Below, in pieces: positions 44,993 to 53,858 of a stretch of 64,000 bases of DNA. Location: NCBI GenBank assembly GCA_040389905.1, contig JAZJZK010000002.1:23401-87400 (forward strand). The letters are read 5' to 3'. The first letter of the stretch is position 1. Every line of letters starts with the position of its first letter. Position numbers and translations under genes: made by a program. This DNA comes from Gemmatimonadota bacterium (GTDB lineage: Bacteria; Gemmatimonadota; Gemmatimonadetes; Gemmatimonadales; Gemmatimonadaceae). The notes under the pieces were generated by a model, which searched no databases, was not told the DNA's origin, and saw only the letters and a program-made list of their open reading frames with translations.

Positions 44993-45786
44993 TACAAGCG
45001 CTCCAGAATCGAGAGTTCCGCACGGCGGAACAGCAATATGGCCGCGTAGACGAGCACGATGTTCAGGACAAGAAAGCCAGCGAGCAACGGTACGGAGGGA
45101 AGCTGCCCATCGAGCACCAGACTCCGAGTGATTCCAATCGCGTGCGTGAGCGGGTTCACCTGTGCGATCATTCGCATGCGCGGCGACAGGATGTCGAGAC
45201 TGTACATGACGGGTGTTGCGAAGAACAGCAGCCGCATGCCCACCTCGTAGATATGCTCGAGATCGCGAACGACGACGAACAGCATCGAGAGGAGCAGCGA
45301 CATCCAGGTCACCAGCAACACCTGGATCACCAGGGCCAACGGCAGCGCGAGTAACGACCATGAGGCCGGAACGCCGCTCGCGAGCGCAATCACGACGGCG
45401 AGTCCCATCGAGATGAGGAATTCCGGCAGATCCGCCAGGAGCGCACTGTAGACGAGTACCTCCTTTGGAAAAATCACGCTCGTCGCGAGGCTCCGCATCA
45501 TGTGAAGTGCACGCATCCCTGAACCAAGGCTCTTCGAGAAGTGCGTGAATTGCACGATGCCGAGGAGCAGGAACACCGGATAGTGCGGAATGCCTGCCCC
45601 GACGCGCTGGCTGAAAAACGCCCACAACACGAGGAGCATCAGGAGCGGACTGAGAAAGCTCCAGAGGAAGCCGAGCCAGGTGCTCTGATCGAGCAGCTTG
45701 TGCTGGATGGATGCGACCTGCCGCATCAGCACCAGGTGCCGCCGCCGGATGGGGCGAAAGGGATTGAGCATCGAGGCGCCGTTCAC
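44992..45786 (-). CDS. wzm: Polysaccharide ABC exporter permease (Wzm-like)
   Basis: LGFLWSFLSPL, RDLEH, FFATPVMY, NPL. Confidence 0.88.
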   Translation of the reverse strand: MNGASMLNPFRPIRRRHLVLMRQVASIQHKLLDQSTWLGFLWSFLSPLLMLLVLWAFFSQRVGAGIPHYPVFLLLGIVQFTHFSKSLGSGMRALHMMRSLATSVIFPKEVLVYSALLADLPEFLISMGLAVVIALASGVPASWSLLALPLALVIQVLLVTWMSLLLSMLFVVVRDLEHIYEVGMRLLFFATPVMYSLDILSPRMRMIAQVNPLTHAIGITRSLVLDGQLPSVPLLAGFLVLNIVLVYAAILLFRRAELSILERL

Positions 45787-46649
45787 CGGTTGCGATCCGC
45801 TGCGCGCGCCAGGCCCACGATTTCACCGGCCGACTTCCCGGCGTCGAACAGGAGCGTGAGCAGGCCGTCGACCACGTTACCGCGCGGCAGGCGTCGCAGG
45901 TCGCCAAGCATTCGGCGCGCGGCAGCCGAGCGCGGCGGCTGCACGCGAGCGTCGAGCGCCGCGTGCTTTTCTCGAAGGCGAACGCTGTGGAGGCCATGCA
46001 CGTACCCTTCGTGCACGAGGCCCCTGATGGTGCGCTCATTGTGGTGGCGGATCACCGCGTCCGGCGCGTACGCCAGCCGATACCCACATCGTTGGATTCG
46101 CCACGAAAGATCGACATCCTGCCCGCGAAGCAGCGATTCGTCGAAGAGTCCAGCTTCATGCAAGATCTCCGTACGCGACGCCCAGTTCATTGAGATCACG
46201 TACGGCAATTCATCTTCGACGATCGCGCGTCGGTGATCGTGAATGCGTTCGCCATATCGCTCGATGCGATTGCCATCGAGCCGGCTGAGGATCCGGCCAC
46301 CCGCGATACCGACCGACGGATCGCCCAGCGGAGCGACCAATGCCGCAAGCCATCCGCGTTCGACCTCACAGTCGGCGTCCGTGAACGCCACGATGTGCCC
46401 ACGTGCTTCGCGAATGCCGCGATTGCGCGCCGCCGAAACGCCACGCGTCCGTTCTGTCAACACGGTGACCTGCTCGCCGAAGCGATCGAGTATCGATCGA
46501 GTACCGTCGGTAGAGGCGTTATCGACCACGAGGAACTCGACCCGCCCTGGCAAAAAATCACTGGCGAGCAACGATGCGACGCACGCGGCAATCGTCGTCT
46601 CGCCGTTGTAGACCGGGACGATCACGGTCACGTCAGGGCCAGCGCTCAT
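45783..46649 (-). CDS. Glycosyltransferase family 2
   Basis: VIVPVYN, VVDNASTDGT, ARNRG, FTDAD, DVDLSWR. Confidence 0.92.
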   Translation of the reverse strand: MSAGPDVTVIVPVYNGETTIAACVASLLASDFLPGRVEFLVVDNASTDGTRSILDRFGEQVTVLTERTRGVSAARNRGIREARGHIVAFTDADCEVERGWLAALVAPLGDPSVGIAGGRILSRLDGNRIERYGERIHDHRRAIVEDELPYVISMNWASRTEILHEAGLFDESLLRGQDVDLSWRIQRCGYRLAYAPDAVIRHHNERTIRGLVHEGYVHGLHSVRLREKHAALDARVQPPRSAAARRMLGDLRRLPRGNVVDGLLTLLFDAGKSAGEIVGLARAADRNR

Positions 46650-47506
46650 CGGTACGACTCGCGCCAACCGCGATTGGCATCGAATCCGAGACGCTCGAGA
46701 ATCCAGCGATGGAACTCGTTGCGAAACAGGCTCTGACGCAAATAACTGCGCCGGCTTTTCCGCAGACGCGCCTGGATGCGCTCCTCCGAGACGCGATGCT
46801 TCGTGAGGATGCGCCGAAGTGTTTCGATCTGCACGTTTCGAGGCACGTGCGTCGTGAGCCGATAACCATCACGGTGATCCCTGAACAGGTACAGGGCCTT
46901 CGGAATCGCGCGGAACTGCGCACCATGCTCGAGCATGGTCCAGGGGAAATCGTAGTCGTCGGAGCCGTGGTTGTTCAGGGTTTCGTCCACGCCCCCGCAC
47001 GCCAATCCAGTGCGGACGCGCCAGCAGAGCAGGTGCTTTACCGGTGGCGCGTCGAGGAACGCGTCCACCGTCACCGGGCGGTCGGGCAGATACTCCGAGC
47101 TGATCGAGCGGCCGGCCCCATCGATGAAACGCCGCCCACTGTGAAAGAAGTCGACCTCCGGGTGCGCACGGATGCTGTCGGTAAGTACCTCGACGGCATC
47201 GAGTGACCAGAGGTCGTCTCCGAGCAGCGGCGCAATGAACTCCGTCTCGGCCGCACGCATCGCGGAGTTGTATGCACCTGCGAGAAGACGGCCCGTGCGG
47301 ATGATGAGTCGCACTCGCTCATCGGCGAGCGATTCGCGCAGCAGTTCACTGAAGTGCTGCGCGCGCTCCGCGTGCACGACGATGAGCAGGCGCCAGTCAG
47401 TACGCGTCTGCCGCATGACACTATCAACCGCCTGCCGAAGGAACCCTTCGTGATAGTGGTTGATGGGGATGAAAACGGAGACGGGGCCAGGGGTCGAAAT
47501 CGGCAC
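46646..47506 (-). CDS. Glycosyltransferase family 2
   Basis: VSVFIP, SVMRQT, LGDD, GGVDE, DDYDF. Confidence 0.85.
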   Translation of the reverse strand: MPISTPGPVSVFIPINHYHEGFLRQAVDSVMRQTRTDWRLLIVVHAERAQHFSELLRESLADERVRLIIRTGRLLAGAYNSAMRAAETEFIAPLLGDDLWSLDAVEVLTDSIRAHPEVDFFHSGRRFIDGAGRSISSEYLPDRPVTVDAFLDAPPVKHLLCWRVRTGLACGGVDETLNNHGSDDYDFPWTMLEHGAQFRAIPKALYLFRDHRDGYRLTTHVPRNVQIETLRRILTKHRVSEERIQARLRKSRRSYLRQSLFRNEFHRWILERLGFDANRGWRESYR

Positions 47507-47637
47507 GCCTCAAAGTCGCGGTCGGCGGAAACGTGCGCCAGCGGGCTACCCCACGCGGGATCGGGCAGGGAGCCTCCCTTGCCGTATGCCACCAGATATC
47601 CGCAGCTTTGTGCTGCCCTCTCACCACGGCTGACTGG

Positions 47638-48468
47638 ATGCTCCTTCGCCGCGTCTCGCTCGGAATCACTATGGCTGGTTGCGCGGCGGCAGTCGCGCCC
47701 GCGGCCAGTTTCGCGCAAGTGTCCCTCTCCCCACCGACGGCGTCCGGACAGACCGCGACGCCGGCGTTCGAAGGTTGGTACAAGAACCCCGACGGGACGT
47801 TCAGCCTCTCGTTCGGCTACTACAACCGCAACGAGTCCGAAGTGTTGTCCATTCCAGTCGGTCCGGACAATTTCATCGCGCCGGGCGATTCGAATCAGGG
47901 ACAGCCAACGTACTTTTTTCCGAAGCGGCATTGGGGCGTCTTCGCGGTCAAGGTGCCCGCCGATTTCGGCGAGAAACGCGTCGTCTGGACGGTAAAGGTT
48001 CGCGGGAAGACGTTCGCGATCCCCGGCACCTTGCACCGCGACTGGCAGATCGATGCGCTCGAAGGAGAAGCCGGTTCCGACAACACGCCACCGGCGATCA
48101 GCTTCGATGCCAACGGTGTTGCAGGGAAGGGCCCCGGAGGGATCACGGTCGACCGCGCCACGAGCGTCGGCAAACCAATCACCATCACCGCATTCGTGAA
48201 GGATGACGGAAAGGGCGTTGGCGGGGCGCGTGCGGCGATTCCTGTGTCGCTCGCCTGGTTCACACATCAGGGACCGACGCAGGCGACGTTCGAGCCAAGC
48301 GTGGCCAGGCTGACGCCGACCGGTGGCACGGCGACCACGAGCGTCTCGTTCACTGCCCCGGGCGAGTATGTGCTTCGAGTTCGTGCCAATGATTCAGCGA
48401 TACCAACGGCTGGTCACGCGCAGTGCTGCTGGTCCAACGCATTCGTCAAAGTGAGGGTGATGCCATGA
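47638..48468 (+). CDS. Secreted hypothetical protein with C-terminal Ig/PKD-like domain
   Basis: Signal peptide; PAFEGWY.NPDG, FGYYNRN, QGQPT.F, F.APGEYVLRVRAND, terminal QCCW.N. Coupled to the next gene. Confidence 0.75.
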   Translation: MLLRRVSLGITMAGCAAAVAPAASFAQVSLSPPTASGQTATPAFEGWYKNPDGTFSLSFGYYNRNESEVLSIPVGPDNFIAPGDSNQGQPTYFFPKRHWGVFAVKVPADFGEKRVVWTVKVRGKTFAIPGTLHRDWQIDALEGEAGSDNTPPAISFDANGVAGKGPGGITVDRATSVGKPITITAFVKDDGKGVGGARAAIPVSLAWFTHQGPTQATFEPSVARLTPTGGTATTSVSFTAPGEYVLRVRANDSAIPTAGHAQCCWSNAFVKVRVMP

Positions 48469-49817
48469 TCCGCACGCCGTTTCGCTCGTTTTGTCTCGTG
48501 ATGACCGTGGCCGTAGCACCAGCTGCCGCGCAAGGGCCCAGTGTGCGAGCGCCGAACGCGGAAGTGGTCACGTACGCCAAGCACATCGCACCGATCCTTC
48601 AGCAGAAGTGTCAGGAGTGCCACCAACCCGGCTCCATCGCACCGATGTCGCTCCTCACCTACGAAGACGCGAAGAAGTATGCGAAGCGCATCAAGGCGAA
48701 GGTGAGCTCGCGTCTGATGCCCCCATGGCACATCGACAAGACGGTCGGCATTCAGCAATTCAAGAACGACCGCAGCCTGACCGACGCCCAGATTGACGCC
48801 ATCGTCAGTTGGGTGGACGGTGGTACGCCACTCGGCAGCATCGCAGACATGCCCGCGCCGATCAAATTTCCCGATCCGAACCGCTGGCAGCTCGCCGAGA
48901 AGCTCGGCGCGGCACCGGATCTCGTGATTCGCTCGACGCCGTACACGCTTGCCGCACGCACGCAGGACAAGTGGTTCCGCCCCACTGTCGAAACGGGCCT
49001 CACGGAGCCGCGCTGGGTGCGCGCCATCGAAGTGAAGCCGGTGCGGCCCGACGACCGCAAGATCGTGCACCACGTCCTCGCCTATCTCCTCCAGGACGAG
49101 CCGGAAGTCACCGGCCTCGCGAGTACCGCGCACGACCACCAGTCGAACGCTGGCTTGTTCATGGAGTGGGCCGTCGGCAAGACAGGACAGATCTTCGCCG
49201 AGGATGCAGGGAAGTTGATGCTGCCCGGATCGCGCATTCGGTGGGAAGTTCACATGCATGCCATCGGCGAGGAGTACAAGGACAGCCAGGTCGAGTTGGC
49301 GGTCTACTTCTACCCGAAGGGCTTCGTTCCGAAGCACCGCACCGTGCTCACGATGTTCAACATGGCGCGTGGATCGGACCTCGACATTCCGCCGAACGAG
49401 AAGACCATCACGCAGAACTTCTACGTGCTGCAGGCGCCGGCGCGACTCGAGAATTTTCAGCCGCATATGCACATGCGCGGAAAGGCAATGTCGCTCGAGG
49501 CGATCTATCCCGACGGCAGGAAGGAAACGCTCAGCGCCGTGAGCAACTTCCAATGGAACTGGCACGTCAACTATGTCTATGCAGACGGAGTGGCACCATT
49601 GCTCCCGAAGGGTACGACGTTGGCATTCACGGCGTGGCACGACAACACGGCGGACAACCCGAACAATCCCGATCCCGCGCAGTGGGTCGGTTGGGGAGAC
49701 CGCACCGTGGACGAGATGGCGCACAACTGGATCGATGTCACCTATCTCGAGCAGGACGAATTCACCAAGCTCGTAGCCGAGCGGAAAGCAAAGGCTGCTC
49801 AGAAACCAGTACCCTGA
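48465..49817 (+). CDS. Secreted heme c / copper type II monooxygenase (PHM/DBM)-like protein
   Basis: CQECH, MPPW, IVHH, EVHM, PHMHMRG, DEM. Confidence 0.8.
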   Translation: MIRTPFRSFCLVMTVAVAPAAAQGPSVRAPNAEVVTYAKHIAPILQQKCQECHQPGSIAPMSLLTYEDAKKYAKRIKAKVSSRLMPPWHIDKTVGIQQFKNDRSLTDAQIDAIVSWVDGGTPLGSIADMPAPIKFPDPNRWQLAEKLGAAPDLVIRSTPYTLAARTQDKWFRPTVETGLTEPRWVRAIEVKPVRPDDRKIVHHVLAYLLQDEPEVTGLASTAHDHQSNAGLFMEWAVGKTGQIFAEDAGKLMLPGSRIRWEVHMHAIGEEYKDSQVELAVYFYPKGFVPKHRTVLTMFNMARGSDLDIPPNEKTITQNFYVLQAPARLENFQPHMHMRGKAMSLEAIYPDGRKETLSAVSNFQWNWHVNYVYADGVAPLLPKGTTLAFTAWHDNTADNPNNPDPAQWVGWGDRTVDEMAHNWIDVTYLEQDEFTKLVAERKAKAAQKPVP

Positions 49818-49844
49818 AGGAGTTGGTTTTCGTCATTCGAACCG

Positions 49845-50705
49845 ATGCACTCGCGACGCCGACTTCGTACTGATCTCGAGACACTCGGCGTCGTGGTGGG
49901 CGATGTGATCATGGCGCACGCGTCCGTTCGATCGATTGGTGAAGTGGCCGGCGGTCCGGACGAGATCCATCTCGCGATCAAGGATGCGTTAAGCGACGAA
50001 GGCACCTTGATGATGTATGCCGGGTGTCCACAGTATGCGGATGAAGTCGGCCGCGGTCATTTGACCGCGGCGCAAGAAGCGGAGCTCATCGAGAAGCTCC
50101 CACCCTTCGACGCAAACACCGCACGTGCTGACCGCAGCAACGGAACGCTCGTCGAGTTCTTTCGCAGCTATCCGGGCACCCACGTCAACCAGCACGTCAC
50201 GCGCTTCGCGACATGGGGCCGCAGCGCGGAGTTCCTCCTGTCGGAACAGCCGTGGAGCTACGCCTTTGGCCATGGCTCCGCACTCGAACGGTTCGTGAAA
50301 CTCGACGGCAAGATCCTGCTGCTCGGGTCAGATCACGACACCGTCACCTTTCTGCACTACGCCGAACACATCGTGGATATTCCGGGCAAGCGCGTCGCGC
50401 GCTTTCAGGTGCCCGTGCTCGAGGATGGCGTACGTGTCTGGCGCACGATGGAGGAATTCAACAGCGCAAGCGACGGCCTGCATGAGAACTGGCCAGATCG
50501 GTTCTTCGCCTTGCTCACGGATAGCTTCATCGCGGCGTCTGGCAACGCGGGTGGACGAGTTGGCGACGCGTGGTGCTACCTGCTGAGCGCGCGAGAGCTA
50601 CTGGACTTCTCTTTGCCGATCATGCAGGCACTCGGTGCAGACCCACGCGCGGCCGACGCATTGCGCGAACTCCCACCGGAGTTTCAGGGTCGGCGTGAGT
50701 CGTGA
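49845..50705 (+). CDS. AAC(3)-family N-acetyltransferase
   Basis: MAHASVRSIG, GTLMM, GKILLLG, TFLHYAEH, GRVGDA. Confidence 0.88.
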   Translation: MHSRRRLRTDLETLGVVVGDVIMAHASVRSIGEVAGGPDEIHLAIKDALSDEGTLMMYAGCPQYADEVGRGHLTAAQEAELIEKLPPFDANTARADRSNGTLVEFFRSYPGTHVNQHVTRFATWGRSAEFLLSEQPWSYAFGHGSALERFVKLDGKILLLGSDHDTVTFLHYAEHIVDIPGKRVARFQVPVLEDGVRVWRTMEEFNSASDGLHENWPDRFFALLTDSFIAASGNAGGRVGDAWCYLLSARELLDFSLPIMQALGADPRAADALRELPPEFQGRRES

Positions 50706-50757
50706 GGCGCTCCTCCGGTGAAAGGAACCAACGCGATCACGCGCTGTAGCACGACGG

Positions 50758-51054
50758 ATGATTCCCGCAACCACCCGGACACCCTTCCTTCGCCAGTCGC
50801 CGGCAGAACGAGCGGCCGAGCTTCTCGCGAACGAACGCGAAACTGAGCGGATGGCGAGGCGTCTCCTGATCCAGACGCTGCTCGGATGCGCCATCTGTAG
50901 TGCACTCGGGATTCTGCTCGTGTCGTGGGCGGTGCACACCACGGACGCTGGTTGGGCCGAAATCGCCTTCTGGGGCGGCCTGCTGGTCGGCGATGGCGGG
51001 ATGATGTTCCTGCTGCTGCGTCACTATCGACGCCAGGAGCAACTCGGGGAATAG
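50758..51054 (+). CDS. Hypothetical two-TM membrane protein
   Basis: Fills the gap between genes; two hydrophobic segments. Confidence 0.6.
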   Translation: MIPATTRTPFLRQSPAERAAELLANERETERMARRLLIQTLLGCAICSALGILLVSWAVHTTDAGWAEIAFWGGLLVGDGGMMFLLLRHYRRQEQLGE

Positions 51055-51085
51055 CCAAAACAAGCGGTAGGGACACGGCCGCCGT

Positions 51086-51544
51086 TCACACCGTTGCGTC
51101 TTCCACAGAAATACCGTACGCGGCAAGCGCGCGGTCCGCCGATACGAGTGTCAGCGCCTCGTATCGGGCCTGCGCGACCAGTAGCCGGTCAAATGGATCA
51201 CGATGGATGTACGGCAGCGCCCGCACCACTTCGGCGTGAGCGAGTTCGACCGGAAGAGGCAGGAATCCACTATGTGCCAACTCGCCAGCGATATCCGCGT
51301 TCGTCGGGAGTGCAAGTTTCCCGATCGATGTCTTGATGGCGATCTCCCAGGCCGACGCGGCACTGAACCGCACCTCCGACGCACGCTGAATGAGTCGTCG
51401 CGCCTTGGCGCCAAGACGGCCGTCGTTCGCCTGCCACCAAAGCCACACGTGCGTGTCGAGCAGAAGCCGTCGCGGCGACAGTTCGAGCACTGACGCCGCA
51501 TCGGCGGACGCCGTCTTTCGAGTGCGCGTACGCGCCGGAGTCAC
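51086..51544 (-). CDS. vapC: PIN-domain toxin (VapC family)
   Basis: LLLDTHVWLWW, SAASAWEIAIK, HRDPFDRLLVAQA; GTG overlaps the antitoxin stop. Confidence 0.9.
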   Translation of the reverse strand: MTPARTRTRKTASADAASVLELSPRRLLLDTHVWLWWQANDGRLGAKARRLIQRASEVRFSAASAWEIAIKTSIGKLALPTNADIAGELAHSGFLPLPVELAHAEVVRALPYIHRDPFDRLLVAQARYEALTLVSADRALAAYGISVEDATV

Positions 51545-51786
51545 GCGGGCTCGCCCTCGAACGCCGCAAGGATATCGCCCGAGAGCGGTGCGTCGAAGTC
51601 GTCCGCGATCGTGACCTTTCCCGCCCATCGCCCAGGAGCGCGGTTCTCATGAAGCGCGCGCAACGGAACCAGCCGCGCCACAGGAACCCCCGCCTTGGCG
51701 ATGATGATCTCTTCGCCCGCCGCCGCCCGGTCAACGAGCTCCGACAAATGCGTCTTGGCGTCGTAAATGTTCATTGGCTTCGCCAT
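51541..51786 (-). CDS. Phd/YefM-family antitoxin
   Basis: NIYDAKTHLSELVD, GEEIIIAKAG.PVARLVP, DDFDAPL; AGGAG RBS. Confidence 0.92.
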   Translation of the reverse strand: MAKPMNIYDAKTHLSELVDRAAAGEEIIIAKAGVPVARLVPLRALHENRAPGRWAGKVTIADDFDAPLSGDILAAFEGEPA

Positions 51787-51826
51787 CCGTCCGCTCCTGA
51801 AAGGGACGACAGCGAATCTAGTAGGA

Positions 51827-51844
51827 TTGGTCAAGTTGGTCAAG
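51827..51844 (-). promoter_or_regulatory. Putative toxin-antitoxin operator/promoter repeat
   Basis: Perfect tandem TTGGTCAAG x2 (CTTGACCAA on the - strand) about 40 nt upstream of the antitoxin. Confidence 0.5.
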
Positions 51845-51925
51845 CTTGCTGGAGGATAGCCACATCACGGAGATGATGTCATCCTATCGAGTCAACGAAG
51901 CCAGTGCGTCACCATTTCCACGCAA

Positions 51926-53632
51926 TCAGTGTCGTTTCGCGGCGCGCAGCATCTCCTCGCGGCGCGCGCGGAATTCCGTGCCGGCATTCCACGTTGGCCA
52001 CTTGGTTCCGTTTGCCACATTCAGTCCAACGCGGAACAACAGTCGCGCATCGTCAACGATGCCTGACAGATCCCAGTCGGCCTTCGGTTCGTCGGTTGGC
52101 TTGTGATAGTCCCTCGCGACATACTCGCCGCGCTTCGTGGCCCCGAACGCTTGCGGCTTCAAGAGCCAGTCCGCGCCGGGAAACAGGAATGACAACGCCG
52201 GAACGCCGCGCTGTGCCAATGCGAAATGGTCCGCGCGATAGAAGTATCCCTTCTCCGGCTCCGGATCAGGCTTGACCGTGCGGTCATCGAGGGCCGCCTC
52301 TCGCGCGAGCAGTTCCTCGAGCGATGACTGTCCGTATCCGAGGCTCACGATGGATCGTGTGCGTCCCCATGGATTCATGATGTCCATGTTAATGTTCGCG
52401 AGCGTCCGCTCGAGCGGGTAGACAGGGTGCTGGGCGTAATAGGAGGAGCCGAGCAGGCCCTGTTCCTCCGCGGTCACGGCGAGGAACACGAGCGTGCGCT
52501 TCGGAGCCACCGGCAGTGACGCAAATGCGCCAGCAGTAGCCAATAGCCACGCGACGCCCGACGCATCGTCGAGCGCGCCATTGTAGATCGAGTCTCCACC
52601 AATCGGTCGGCCAATGCCGTACGCGTCCCAATGCGCGGAGAAGAGGACGAACTGATCGCGGAGCTTTGCGTCTGAGCCGGGTCGTGTTGCGATCACGTTG
52701 CGCGACTGGACCGGCCGGACGGTATTGCGCACGGTGAAGTCCGCGGATGCGCCGAGCATCACCGGCCGGAACGATCTCGTGCGTGCCGAACGTTCGAGCG
52801 CGTCGAAGTCTTTCCCATCGGCGGCGAACAGCTTCTTCGCGACGTCGAGCTGAATCCACCCTTCGACAGGGGTATGCGCCGTGCCGCCGGCGACCTCGAA
52901 CTTTTCGTGCACGTTGCTCTGCACGGTGGTCCATGGGTACCCGGCCTGTCGGGTCTGGTGCACGATGATGGCGGCCGCGGCACCTCGTGCGGCGGCAGTT
53001 TCGTACTTGTACGTCCACCGGCCGTAGTAGGTCATCGCGTCGCCGCGAAACACTTTGGCGTTGAGCTTGGTGCTGTCGCGAGGATCTGGAACGGGAGGGT
53101 CGCCAATGAGAAAGACGACCGTCTTGCCGCGAACATCGACGCCCTTGAAGTCATCCCAGCCAAATTCGGGTGCGACGACACCATATCCAACGAAAACGAG
53201 ATCAGCGGCGCGTACCTGAATCAGCGTATCGGGGCGCAGTGACCAAGCCACGATATCCTCGAGTTGCCGCAAGGGTTGCCGTTGCCCCTTCGCGCTGATG
53301 CTCGCATCGAGGAGCGAATTGGTTCCGATCAGCGGTACCGCCTGCAGGTAACTCTCGCCATTGCCGGGGCGCAGTCCGATTGCACGGAACCGCGAGGCGA
53401 TGTAGGCGACGGCGGAATCCTCACCGCGCGTGCCCGGCGCGCGTCCCTCGAACCGGTCTGAGGCGAGGGTGCTGATATCGTTCAGCAGACCGTCGGTTGT
53501 GATGGTCCGTTGCGCTCGTGCCATCGCCGACGTCGTATCAACGGTGCGCGGCGCGGGGCGCTGCGCCGAGGCCGCGGGAAATGGCGTGCAGAGAAGCAGG
53601 CAAACGAGGCGAAGTCCGCGGAGTAGGTGCAT
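51926..53632 (-). CDS. M28-family metallopeptidase with PA domain
   Basis: LASDRFEGRAPG, SAHWD, NGALDDASG, TAEEQGLLGS, NMD, RADH, YHKP.D. Confidence 0.92.
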   Translation of the reverse strand: MHLLRGLRLVCLLLCTPFPAASAQRPAPRTVDTTSAMARAQRTITTDGLLNDISTLASDRFEGRAPGTRGEDSAVAYIASRFRAIGLRPGNGESYLQAVPLIGTNSLLDASISAKGQRQPLRQLEDIVAWSLRPDTLIQVRAADLVFVGYGVVAPEFGWDDFKGVDVRGKTVVFLIGDPPVPDPRDSTKLNAKVFRGDAMTYYGRWTYKYETAAARGAAAAIIVHQTRQAGYPWTTVQSNVHEKFEVAGGTAHTPVEGWIQLDVAKKLFAADGKDFDALERSARTRSFRPVMLGASADFTVRNTVRPVQSRNVIATRPGSDAKLRDQFVLFSAHWDAYGIGRPIGGDSIYNGALDDASGVAWLLATAGAFASLPVAPKRTLVFLAVTAEEQGLLGSSYYAQHPVYPLERTLANINMDIMNPWGRTRSIVSLGYGQSSLEELLAREAALDDRTVKPDPEPEKGYFYRADHFALAQRGVPALSFLFPGADWLLKPQAFGATKRGEYVARDYHKPTDEPKADWDLSGIVDDARLLFRVGLNVANGTKWPTWNAGTEFRARREEMLRAAKRH

Positions 53633-53695
53633 AGCGAGGCCACGAGAAGAAGGGTGGGTCTGGACTGTGAATATGCACCAGGGCCTGAACTAATG

Positions 53696-53763
53696 AACCA
53701 CGGAGGACACAGAGGACACGGAGGACGCAGAGAACCATGCAGTCCTCTGTGTCCTCTGTGGTT
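53696..53763. repeat. Inverted-repeat hairpin of 9-bp CAC(A/G)GAGGA units
   Basis: AACCACGGAGGACACAGAGGAC pairs with GTCCTCTGTGTCCTCTGTGGTT. Confidence 0.88.
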
Positions 53764-53858
53764 AAGGCTCTTCCGCAGTTCAAGTAAACCCCAGTCGAAC
53801 CTTGCGTGTCCAACAACTGTTGGACATTCATCCCACCCACCTCGAGCCGGCCCCCGAC

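Noticed and set aside
44993..46039. 602-aa fused ABC ORF
   Set aside because: The extension overlaps wzm and a GT2 in other frames; the ATPase starts near 44992.
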